This document shows, piece after piece, positions 55,975 to 64,000 of a DNA stretch of 64,000 nucleotides. The notes beneath the pieces were generated by a model. The model searched no databases, was not told the origin of the DNA, and was given only the letters and a program-made list of their open reading frames with translations. The translations under genes were made by a program, and so were the position numbers. Source of the stretch: Candidatus Freyarchaeum deiterrae (GTDB lineage: Archaea > Asgardarchaeota > Jordiarchaeia > Jordiarchaeales > Jordiarchaeaceae); the NCBI GenBank assembly GCA_037305845.1, contig CP147778.1, positions 868,783 to 932,782 on the forward strand. Reading direction: 5' to 3'. How positions within the stretch are numbered: the first letter of the stretch is position 1; every line of letters starts with the position of its first letter.

Positions 55975-56375
55975 GGTTCATCCTTTGTTAGGGCACCTTT
56001 CAGTTTCTCCTCTATGTCGACGGCTTCCTCTTCTCCCCTTTTCTTATACATTATGCGTGGTTCAACGCCCTCTAGTTTTCGCTCCGCTCTCATTATGTCT
56101 ATTTTGTCGAGTTTTCGCGGTATCTTTCTCTGTGCTACCAGAATGATTATGGCGTCCTCTATTTGTTCCCCAATTTTGGGTTTAGTTTTTCTCAAGTTTT
56201 CAAGATAGTTTTGAGCATCGGGGAGCAGTACATATTTTAAGACGGCTTCTTTCTTTTCTTCTTGTTCACTCTGGGCGGTTTCTTGTTTCTCTTTTTGTTG
56301 TTTTTGCGCCAGATTCTTATGCATTAATTCCATCATCTTTCTTCGCTTAATGGCTTCAAGTTCTTCGTCTGACAT
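55971..56375 (-). CDS. PDCD5/TFAR19-like DNA-binding protein
   Basis: MSDEELEAIKRRKMMEL...QQKEKQ start followed by ...LENLRKTKPKIGEQIEDAIIILVAQRKI, as in archaeal PDCD5 homologs. An internal Met is preferred over the track start at 56468. Confidence 0.65.
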   Translation of the reverse strand: MSDEELEAIKRRKMMELMHKNLAQKQQKEKQETAQSEQEEKKEAVLKYVLLPDAQNYLENLRKTKPKIGEQIEDAIIILVAQRKIPRKLDKIDIMRAERKLEGVEPRIMYKKRGEEEAVDIEEKLKGALTKDEP

Positions 56376-56570
56376 TTTCTTACCCCATGCAGAGGGAATA
56401 AAGTAATAGGTATTATGCTTTTTGGTACTTTTTGCCACATTAATCAAACTTTTTAAGTAGTACGACATATGATAACATAAAAAACATATGCGAACTTAAT
56501 TTCAAAAACCAGTCATTTTTATAATACAGAAGGCTTCGGAAGAACAAAAAATACGGCTGGCGGTTCTAGT

Positions 56571-57356
56571 TTGAGTAGAGAAGAGTATACCATTAAAATT
56601 AAAAAAATAGATAATATAGATGAGGTGCTCTATCTAATAGAGTCTCTCTACGCCAGTGGAGCCAGAATGATTAACTTAGAGATGGAAACACCAGCAACAG
56701 CCGAACAGTTTCAAAAGATTCGGGAATTAATTGTATCACTTCCGGGCTACGAGGTAACGGTTAAAACACCAATGAACATCTCGCTTCAAGACATTATGGA
56801 GATGAGCCACAGCTCTATTCTTGAGACAATCAGCAACTCGGTACTTCATCTTATGGAAGACATAGTAGACTCAGTGGAATCTTTTGATCTGGCAAAAGCG
56901 GAGGCCGTGGAGCTTGCCCACGATAACGTTCACAGGTATTGCCAGAGGTATCGCAGACAAGCTCATAGTGGGACAACTCAAAACGTAAATGAACTTCTCA
57001 ACTCCTCAGTGTACATATCAAATCTGGAAAACGTAGCAAATTATCTTTCATACATAGCCCACTCTCTGAGTCAACAAACACTCCCTTCAGACCAATCTAA
57101 GCTGTTGCTGAAAATATTAGTTCCCATTAAAGAATTTATGAACAAGACTATCGAAACCTTTTTAACAAAAAATGTTGACAGGGCGCGAGCCATCCTCAGA
57201 GGGGAAAGTATGATACGAAAGGAAATTGAAAGCCTTCTAAACAGAATACTCAGCTATCCCGACAGGACAACGCGTCTCATTATAGAAAGCATAATGATAC
57301 ATTCAGGGGAAATACTGCGCAATCTTCATCAAATATTAATAAACACAATTAAATAG
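56571..57356 (+). CDS. Helical protein of unknown function (weakly PhoU-like)
   Basis: TTG start. All-alpha C-terminal two thirds. The NVDRARAILRGESMIRKEIESLLNRI segment is reminiscent of PhoU repeats. The assignment is weak. Confidence 0.4.
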   Translation: MSREEYTIKIKKIDNIDEVLYLIESLYASGARMINLEMETPATAEQFQKIRELIVSLPGYEVTVKTPMNISLQDIMEMSHSSILETISNSVLHLMEDIVDSVESFDLAKAEAVELAHDNVHRYCQRYRRQAHSGTTQNVNELLNSSVYISNLENVANYLSYIAHSLSQQTLPSDQSKLLLKILVPIKEFMNKTIETFLTKNVDRARAILRGESMIRKEIESLLNRILSYPDRTTRLIIESIMIHSGEILRNLHQILINTIK

Positions 57357-57520
57357 AAATAGTTAAATTTTCTATAGAATTAAATTGTATCAAGTAATAT
57401 TATTTTAAGAAAAACATATTAAACTCGTTTTTATAAATGGATGTTTAATAAAGTAATCATACACTCAAAACTTTTAAGTGGTTTCAAGAACTAATATTAA
57501 ACAAGCGAGAGGTGTAAAAT

Positions 57521-58138
57521 TTGAGCGAAAAAAAGTCAGGATCAAGCAACCCATCATCATCCGACTCAAAGGCTAAAACAGCCGCCACCGAAGTAGCTAT
57601 GTCCGCAGAAGGAACCAGAGAAGAAGAAATGTCTATGCTCCGCATGATGGTTAATATAATGGAAGACAACGTTAACACCATGCTCAGAATAGAAAAGACC
57701 CTCAATGATAGATTAGGCTCAATAGAGAGAAGGTTGACAGAAACAGAAAAAAGGCTCTCTGATCGAATTGGAAGCATTGGAGTTTCCGGTTCAGAAAAAC
57801 TGGAAGAGACCCTAGGCAAAGCGGTAAACGATATGCAGAAAGGAATGGAGATAATGGTCCTTCAGAACATGGTCGAAAAGGTTGAGGGACTAGCAGCCCA
57901 GTTAAGAGGCGAACCATTGCCTGAGAGAAAGAAGCCTGCAGAAGGGAAAGAAGAAAAGCCTGCCCAAAGGATTCAGAGAAAGGATAAGGATAAGGAAAAA
58001 GACAAGGAAAGAGAAGACAGAGGATTTAGAGATCGGTCGAAAGATAAAGTGGAGTACAGAGAAGAAGAAGAAAGAGAGCCGAAGAAAGGAGACGAGCGAT
58101 TGGTCAGACCTTCGGACCTGTTTGGCAGAGGTTACTGA
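57521..58138 (+). CDS. Highly charged coiled-coil protein with a KD/KE/RE-rich tail
   Basis: TTG start 8 nt after GAGGTG. Internal repeat NDRLGSIERRL / SDRIGSIG. The C-terminal ~70 aa are almost entirely K/E/D/R. Confidence 0.55.
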   Translation: MSEKKSGSSNPSSSDSKAKTAATEVAMSAEGTREEEMSMLRMMVNIMEDNVNTMLRIEKTLNDRLGSIERRLTETEKRLSDRIGSIGVSGSEKLEETLGKAVNDMQKGMEIMVLQNMVEKVEGLAAQLRGEPLPERKKPAEGKEEKPAQRIQRKDKDKEKDKEREDRGFRDRSKDKVEYREEEEREPKKGDERLVRPSDLFGRGY

Positions 58139-58333
58139 TAAACCTAGGCACTAGCAAAAATTAATTATTTTATTCTCATCGTGAACATTTAGAACCCGGA
58201 TTTCTTATCCCCACAATTTTTTATTCTCATCCTGATGGATAATAGAGCAAAAAGGTTAATGGGAGTTAGAAATTCAACTAATATCTGTTGATTCTGATTT
58301 TATTTTTTTAATTTGGGGTAAACTTTTTTGGAG

Positions 58334-58807
58334 TTACCATTTGGTTCCTTGCTTTTCTTTCTCTTTTTGTTGTTGTTGCTTTGGGGGATTTACTTGGGCG
58401 TCTATTTCTCCTTGTAGGTATTGTACTGCGTCTAAGAATCTGTTTAGTACGATGAGCATTTGAACGCTCCAGGTAGCATCTTGTACGCTTCCAAGAGTTT
58501 GCCTGTGGGTTTTAATGGTTTCATCACGTACTTGTTCTATATTTATTTGCTGAACTTTATGTAACTCGTTGAGAACATTAGTGGTGGATTCATTCATTTT
58601 TTGTATGGTCTTTGTTCTTTCTGAACGAATGGTGTTGGTTAATTCCACAGAGGCTTGGATCATGTTTGTGATGTTTTGAGAGAAGAATTCGGTAAATTTC
58701 AGAATTTTGTTCGTGTAGTTTTCAATTAGAGAAGTCACATTTTCTATCTTTGTGTAGATATCATTAAGAGCCTGGGTAACTAGAGGTATGATTGCTTCTG
58801 CCGACAT
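58334..58807 (-). CDS. All-helical ORFan (157 aa)
   Basis: Starts 2 nt downstream of 58810..59262. Helical, Asn/Gln/Thr-rich, with a QQQQKEKEKQ tail. Confidence 0.55.
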   Translation of the reverse strand: MSAEAIIPLVTQALNDIYTKIENVTSLIENYTNKILKFTEFFSQNITNMIQASVELTNTIRSERTKTIQKMNESTTNVLNELHKVQQINIEQVRDETIKTHRQTLGSVQDATWSVQMLIVLNRFLDAVQYLQGEIDAQVNPPKQQQQKEKEKQGTKW

Positions 58808-58809
58808 GT

Positions 58810-59262
58810 TTAATAACCTCCCTCATCTCGTGTTGACTCCATTTTTGGTTGAACACTTGTAGCTGCTGTCAGAATCTTGAGTGAAGCTTGAACAAGTTCC
58901 CTCATCATTGGGCGTAGCTTCTGAGGGTCTAGTTCACCGTATACTAGCTTTAGAAGCTCTTCCATTGCTTCTTTGGATTTGGTGAATGTCTCAAGTTTTA
59001 GGAGATCACTTACGTTTCCTACCTCAAAGCTAAAAGTGTTTACAAGCGTGTTAACCTGATCGCCGAAAATTTCTTCTTCTTCTCTTATTGCTCGAGCTAA
59101 TTTTTCAAGTGTGTCGTTTATTTGTTTAATGCTCCTTTCCACGTTTTCCATCAATCCCGATAAAAGATCGTAATTCTTTTGCATGACGTTGAGAGAACTA
59201 TCTAATTTCGAGGAAATATTTTTGAATTGAAAGATGAAATTTGAAGTTACATCTTCGGACAA
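58810..59262 (-). CDS. All-helical ORFan (150 aa)
   Basis: Same strand as the Roadblock-like gene and downstream of it. Its helical heptad-like composition resembles the next gene. Confidence 0.55.
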   Translation of the reverse strand: MSEDVTSNFIFQFKNISSKLDSSLNVMQKNYDLLSGLMENVERSIKQINDTLEKLARAIREEEEIFGDQVNTLVNTFSFEVGNVSDLLKLETFTKSKEAMEELLKLVYGELDPQKLRPMMRELVQASLKILTAATSVQPKMESTRDEGGY

Positions 59263-59434
59263 TTTTTACACCTGACTCTTCCTTTATGAAATAATTACAT
59301 TCATAGAATAAAAAACTTCCTAGTTACAAAAATAGATACCTTCATCTTAGTAGTGCCAAAATGGTATTAGTTTTCAGTTCTGCTGAGAATTCAATTTGGG
59401 AAACGAGGAAGAGAGTTGTTGAGAATTTGTTTTT

Positions 59435-60124
59435 TCATAGGTTATTGAGCTTCAAACGCTTAATGGCTACCGCCCGGTTTTTTATTAATTCTTCTATAAC
59501 CATTATTACCTCGCCTATGTCTCTTTTTAGAACTTTTGTTATTTGACCAATGTTCTTTTCTCCATCGATCATTAAAAATAAGTCTACAACCCAGCCTCCA
59601 AATATGGAGGTCAAATCTTCGGATATTTTGTTATTAAGAAATTCTAGTGTGAATATTTTCTTCACGGGTATTGAGAAAACAGTCATTTCACTTTGGGATG
59701 TGTCTAGCAACGGCTCATATGCCGGGAGGCTTTGCTTCAGAGGCATTTTCAGTGATCCACTTAAGACCTTTATATCGGTTTCTTGTTGTTTTAGCGCTTT
59801 TTCCTCTAAGTATTTTTGGAACTTCTCAGTTGAACTCTCTAAAACTTTTTGTAATTCGTAGGCGTCTCCTTGGTTAACTATAACCAAAAAATAATCTTGG
59901 AAGCGAGAGATTCCAATGTTGCTTTCACGAATTTTGGCAGTAAGAGTGTGAATGTTTATCGCGCTTAAATAAAGAATCAGAGACTGTATTATATCAACCA
60001 TATTATCGGGAAAGTGTGAAATTAGCAGGTTACCGTTTAAATCTGAAATACCAGCATGCTTTACGTAATCACTTTTTTCAACTTCTTTTAACAGCGCCTC
60101 AAAATCCTCTATTACTGCGCTCAT
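59435..60124 (-). CDS. Roadblock/LC7 (MglB-like) domain protein with a C-terminal wHTH-like extension
   Basis: The N-terminal ~100 aa (VKHAGISDLNGNLLISHFPD ... ISRFQDYFLVIVN) fit the Roadblock pattern. The C-terminal DGEKNIGQITKVLKRDIGEVIMVIEELIKNRAV looks like a wHTH. Confidence 0.6.
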   Translation of the reverse strand: MSAVIEDFEALLKEVEKSDYVKHAGISDLNGNLLISHFPDNMVDIIQSLILYLSAINIHTLTAKIRESNIGISRFQDYFLVIVNQGDAYELQKVLESSTEKFQKYLEEKALKQQETDIKVLSGSLKMPLKQSLPAYEPLLDTSQSEMTVFSIPVKKIFTLEFLNNKISEDLTSIFGGWVVDLFLMIDGEKNIGQITKVLKRDIGEVIMVIEELIKNRAVAIKRLKLNNL

Positions 60125-60493
60125 GACTTATCCCACTAAGTAGCTATTTTTACCGGTTTATTATTTATTGAATTTTGCAGTTTTCCCATTATCAGGAAGG
60201 AATGGGGAGTAAACTGAATTGTTGTTATTACTATTATTATTGCGTCATAGTTTATTTGCTGGTTAGTTTGCCAGTAGGCTGTTCAAGTTATATGTTTTAC
60301 TCCATTCTCAAAAATAGGATTTGGATTTTTCTGAAAAAATAAACGAAATAAAACCTTTTTTAAAAAGCAGTATTGTAATATGAACGTAATAATGATTTTT
60401 CGGCAGTTAAAAATAAGAGTTAAATATAATTACAAACTCTTAGCTTTATGTGTCACTCAGAAGAGAAAATGGTAAGGTTTTAGAGGGAATAAA

Positions 60494-61849
60494 ATGTCTG
60501 GAAATGTTTTCCATGCTTATGACGTAAGGGCAGTTTTTAATGAGGAAATAGATGCGGAGAACATAGTGAGAATAGGACTCGCTTTTGGAACGTATCTAGG
60601 TGGGCAAGGCCTTGTTTTCACCGGAAGAGATGTTAGAACAAGTTCAAAGATAGTGGAAAACGCTGCCGTTTCTGGGATTTGCTCCACCGGTTGTGATGTC
60701 ACTTCACTGGGTTTACTTCCAATCCCTCTGTTTAATTTCTATACATGGAAACATAAACCCGAAGCAGGATTAATGGTTACCGCGTCTCATAATCCACCAG
60801 AATTTACTGGATTGCGTTTTAGACACAACGATGGCACTGGTTTCTCCGAAGAGAACGAAAAAATTAAGAAAATTTATCTTGAAGGCAACTTCCATAAAGA
60901 GCCCTGGAATAAGCTAGGAGAATTCACGAGCATCAGCACGCAAGTGGTTATTTCTGAGTACATTAAATATTTGTTTGAGAAGATATCTTTAGAGAAAAAA
61001 TTGAAAGTGGTTCTCGACCCGGGAACAGGAACAGCCTCCATAGTGGCGCCCCAGCTCTTCAGAAAGGCTGGTTGTAAGGTTTTTACGATAAATTCGCAGA
61101 TTGACGGAACTTTCCCTGGTAGAGATCCCTATCCCCACGAGGGAAATATTGATGATTTACAAAAAATTATTGTGGATCAAGGCGCGGATATAGGAGTGGC
61201 TTACGATGGGGATGCGGATAGAGCGGTTTTTGTGGACGATAAGGGGCGAGTGGTGAGACCTGAGGTTGCAGGGGTGCTCTTCATAAGGGACGCCCTTTCC
61301 AAGAAGAAAGGCAGTATTATAGTAGCTAACGTTGCTAGCTCCATGATTGTACAAGAACAGGTAGAGGCTTTAGGAGGCGAAGTAATTTATGAGCGAGTCG
61401 GAGACGTTTTTATGACGGACGCAATTAAAAAACATAACGCGGTATTTGGAATCGAACCCTCAGGACACTTTTATTCAAATTTATTCTATCCTTTTGATGA
61501 TGGAATTCAATCCAGTCTTCTTTTGGCAGAAATCATTTCCAAGGAAAAGAAGCCACTATCAGAACTTGTCGATGAAATTCCAGTATATCCCATGACGGAA
61601 GAATCCATTGACTGCCCTGAAGAGAAAAAATCTCAGGTCATAGAGAGAACCAAAGAAAAACTAGAAGAGAAAGGATATAAACTCAACTTGATGGATGGCG
61701 TGAGAATAGACAAACAAGAAGGCTGGGCAATAGTAAGACCCTCAAACACTCAACCATTAATCCGTGTTACCGCAGAAGCGAAGACCGAATCGAAGTTAAA
61801 ACAGCTAAAAAGCGAGATATTAAGTGTTTTAAAAGAGACGCTGGAATAA
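60494..61849 (+). CDS. Phosphohexomutase (phosphoglucosamine/phosphomannomutase family)
   Basis: Active-site TASHNPPEFTG, metal loop AYDGDADR and sugar loop GIEPSGH. Confidence 0.9.
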   Translation: MSGNVFHAYDVRAVFNEEIDAENIVRIGLAFGTYLGGQGLVFTGRDVRTSSKIVENAAVSGICSTGCDVTSLGLLPIPLFNFYTWKHKPEAGLMVTASHNPPEFTGLRFRHNDGTGFSEENEKIKKIYLEGNFHKEPWNKLGEFTSISTQVVISEYIKYLFEKISLEKKLKVVLDPGTGTASIVAPQLFRKAGCKVFTINSQIDGTFPGRDPYPHEGNIDDLQKIIVDQGADIGVAYDGDADRAVFVDDKGRVVRPEVAGVLFIRDALSKKKGSIIVANVASSMIVQEQVEALGGEVIYERVGDVFMTDAIKKHNAVFGIEPSGHFYSNLFYPFDDGIQSSLLLAEIISKEKKPLSELVDEIPVYPMTEESIDCPEEKKSQVIERTKEKLEEKGYKLNLMDGVRIDKQEGWAIVRPSNTQPLIRVTAEAKTESKLKQLKSEILSVLKETLE

Positions 61850-62263
61850 GGTTGAGAAAACCATGCGATTTCAGGAACGAAAAATGTCTACGAACCAAAA
61901 AATTTGGTAAGAGATATTAGCAATATATGTCTCTTTTTCGTGGATAAATTTTATTTACTCAAAATGTAGTTTTTATTTTTACTTTTCCCTGTACCAGATT
62001 CTTTGGTGTTTATAAAAGAGATAAATATTTATTTTAGTTACGTATTGATATGCGTTATAGATACTTATAATAACTCAAGTTACTTTAATCCGAAAATGAT
62101 GGAAAAACGGCAACGCATAAGATACAATCAAAGGACGAACCGTAAATTCGGTTTCAGATTATATGAATTCACTATTTATAATGTCTCTTCTACTTTTACA
62201 GAGCAAAAGAAATCAGCATTTCGAAGTTTAACAAAGCGATAAGAGGAGTTGATTTGAAACTTA

Positions 62264-62665
62264 ATGGAGTGTAAAACAATGGAAGAAGCTCTAGCCTTAC
62301 ACATCATTGGTGAATTATTCTCGAATTCGGAAAACATAGACAATCTAAAATTCATTAAGAAGGTGCTCATAGAATCAGCTAAAAAAGCCGGCCTAACTAT
62401 ATTAAATTCGAAATTTCACAGATTTAAACCCCAGGGTGTCAGTGGTTTTATAATGATCAGCGAATCCCACTTATCAATTCATACCTGGCCTGAGAGTGGA
62501 TACGTAGCAATAGATGTCTTTACTTGTGGGGAACCCTCGCATTGTAGAGCCGCGTACGACTACATAGTGTCAATGCTCAAACCGTCATATCATACGAAAA
62601 TAGAAATTAAAAGGGGAAGGTTCAACGAGAACAAAGAACCTGAGAAGAGTATAGTCTATGAATAA
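62264..62665 (+). CDS. speH: S-adenosylmethionine decarboxylase proenzyme (class 1, pyruvoyl)
   Basis: Self-cleavage and active-site segment SESHLSIHTWPE, plus size. Overlaps speE by 8 nt. Confidence 0.9.
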   Translation: MECKTMEEALALHIIGELFSNSENIDNLKFIKKVLIESAKKAGLTILNSKFHRFKPQGVSGFIMISESHLSIHTWPESGYVAIDVFTCGEPSHCRAAYDYIVSMLKPSYHTKIEIKRGRFNENKEPEKSIVYE

Positions 62666-63563
62666 CGAAAACCTGACCCTGTGGTTTGCTAATTGGCACA
62701 CGGATAATATTCAGCACCTAGTGAAGGTTAAACCTATTTACAGCACTCAATCAGAATATCAGCGAATTGAAGTAGTTGATTCTGAGGTTTATGGAAGACT
62801 GCTGATTTTGAATGGAGAGATTCAACTATCAACAAAATTCAACTCCTACATCCACGAAAGCATGACCCACCCCGCACTACTTTTACACCCCCATCCTAAG
62901 AATGTGCTAATAATAGGAGGCGGAGATGGAGGCTCTACAACAGAGGTGGTTAAACACAACGTGGAATCTGATACTGTAGTGGAAATCGATAGGAAAGTTG
63001 TCCAAGTTGCAAAGGAATATTTTCCGGGTGTCTCCGCGGGTTTTTCTGACAAACGAGTAACTATAAAATATTTGGATGGCAGGGACTTTGTTGAAAAGAG
63101 CAAGGATAAATTTGATGTTATTATAAATGATATTTCGGACCCGACAGAATCTGCGTGCACCGTGTTCACACGAAGTTTTTTCGGCAAGTTGTATGATTGT
63201 TTGAGGGAGGATGGAGTTTTCCTCACCCACGCTGAGTCTCCGGACTCCTGTGAGGAGGTATTTTATAGGGTTATTGCTACTTTGAGGGATGTTTTTCCCA
63301 TAGTTAGACCTTTCAGAGTATGGATCCCCCCTTACATTGATTTTTGGGGGAGAGTTATTGCATCCAAAAAGTATGATCCTTTAGAGCTGGATGTTAGCGA
63401 TATAACTGAGCGTATTAGTGAGAGAGGCTTTTTGCTAGAATGGTTAACTCCTGAATTGTTTTATGCCATGTTTCGCTCCTTCTCAAAGGATGTTATTGAT
63501 AAAATGAATCAGAAGTGGAGAATAATTACTGAGACGGATTTCCCTCTTTTTAACAGACCTTGA
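62658..63563 (+). CDS. speE: Spermidine synthase (polyamine aminopropyltransferase)
   Basis: VLIIGGGDGG, VEIDRKVV and INDISDP motifs. Confidence 0.9.
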   Translation: MNNENLTLWFANWHTDNIQHLVKVKPIYSTQSEYQRIEVVDSEVYGRLLILNGEIQLSTKFNSYIHESMTHPALLLHPHPKNVLIIGGGDGGSTTEVVKHNVESDTVVEIDRKVVQVAKEYFPGVSAGFSDKRVTIKYLDGRDFVEKSKDKFDVIINDISDPTESACTVFTRSFFGKLYDCLREDGVFLTHAESPDSCEEVFYRVIATLRDVFPIVRPFRVWIPPYIDFWGRVIASKKYDPLELDVSDITERISERGFLLEWLTPELFYAMFRSFSKDVIDKMNQKWRIITETDFPLFNRP

Positions 63564-63583
63564 AGAATTATAGGTGAACAATC

Positions 63584-64000
63584 ATGTCAAATTTTGAAAT
63601 AAATAAGAAATTTTTGAGTTCAATGGCAAAAGAGTGTAAAAGGAAGAACCCCGTGGATCCCAACATTACCTCCTATGAGATATCAAGAATAATTTTTCAA
63701 CTTGTCGATGGAAATACCTTAGGAAACATCACTTCTAAAATGCAGGTAGCTTCGGTTATGGCGGCAATGGGATATTTGCATTACAAAGAATTGCTATCCT
63801 ATGAGGAAAGTACAAGAATATTCAAACTTAAGGCGACTCCGAGTTGGAATTTGAAATCCTTTACTGGTCTTCAATATAATGTTTTGAAAGAGGTACTTCC
63901 GAAAGCTGATTTACTCAATCGGATTCTGGAGGAGCGTAAACTCGGGTTGATATCGGAATACGCCCAGTTATTTATTAATATTGAGACGCTTCTCAGAAAG
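63584..64000 (+). CDS. Hypothetical protein, 3'-truncated by the window end
   Basis: My own translation from the ATG at 63584 (MSNFEINKKFLSSMAKECKRKNPVDPN...) stays open for 139 codons to base 64000. It is missing from the ORF track because no stop is reached. Confidence 0.45.
   Translation, partial: MSNFEINKKFLSSMAKECKRKNPVDPNITSYEISRIIFQLVDGNTLGNITSKMQVASVMAAMGYLHYKELLSYEESTRIFKLKATPSWNLKSFTGLQYNVLKEVLPKADLLNRILEERKLGLISEYAQLFINIETLLRK

Noticed and set aside
62003-62242. 79-aa ORF and possible leader or riboswitch in the 400-bp AT-rich region upstream of speH
   Set aside because: It has a TTG start and an Asn/Tyr/Ile/Phe-rich product typical of AT-rich noise. I found no conserved helices supporting a riboswitch.

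Overview
The window is a densely coded archaeal chromosomal segment of about 65 protein genes, with AT-rich intergenic spacers. I found no rRNA, tRNA, CRISPR array or transposase. Marker genes are a group II chaperonin, an archaeal-type PGK, three tungsten aldehyde:ferredoxin oxidoreductase (AOR) paralogs and a pyrrolysine-free MttB/corrinoid/RACo methyl-transfer module. There are also MfnB/MfnE-like genes and small Ras-superfamily GTPases with a Roadblock protein. Together these suggest an anaerobic Asgard- or Bathyarchaeia-like archaeon, but the lineage is inference only. Most of the window is ordinary metabolism: 3-hydroxyacyl-CoA dehydrogenases, a GlcD/HdrD-like pair, PGK, OtsB, FAH, OYE, PMM/GlmM and SpeH/SpeE.

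Regions worth a second look:
1. 25061-31558: a stand-alone HerA-NurA operon lies with an ORFan and a roughly 62% G+C structured non-coding island. It faces six translationally coupled winged-helix (wHTH) paralogs across a spacer holding two copies of an inverted-repeat/TATA module. This is my best candidate for an undescribed system.
2. 47948-53111: a co-transcribed pair of giant ORFans (914 aa and 804 aa) has a long coiled coil and a zinc knuckle.
3. 17711-20278: an AbiEi/AbiEii cassette is bracketed by inverted paralogs and a roughly 44-bp inverted repeat.
4. 36647-41555: a 2.45-kb tandem duplication carries a ferredoxin-AOR module.
5. 33230-34159: a GC-rich ORF-free stretch sits beside a solo HNH nuclease and a small GTPase with a disrupted 5' end.
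6. 56571-60124: a Roadblock-wHTH gene lies with small all-helical ORFans.
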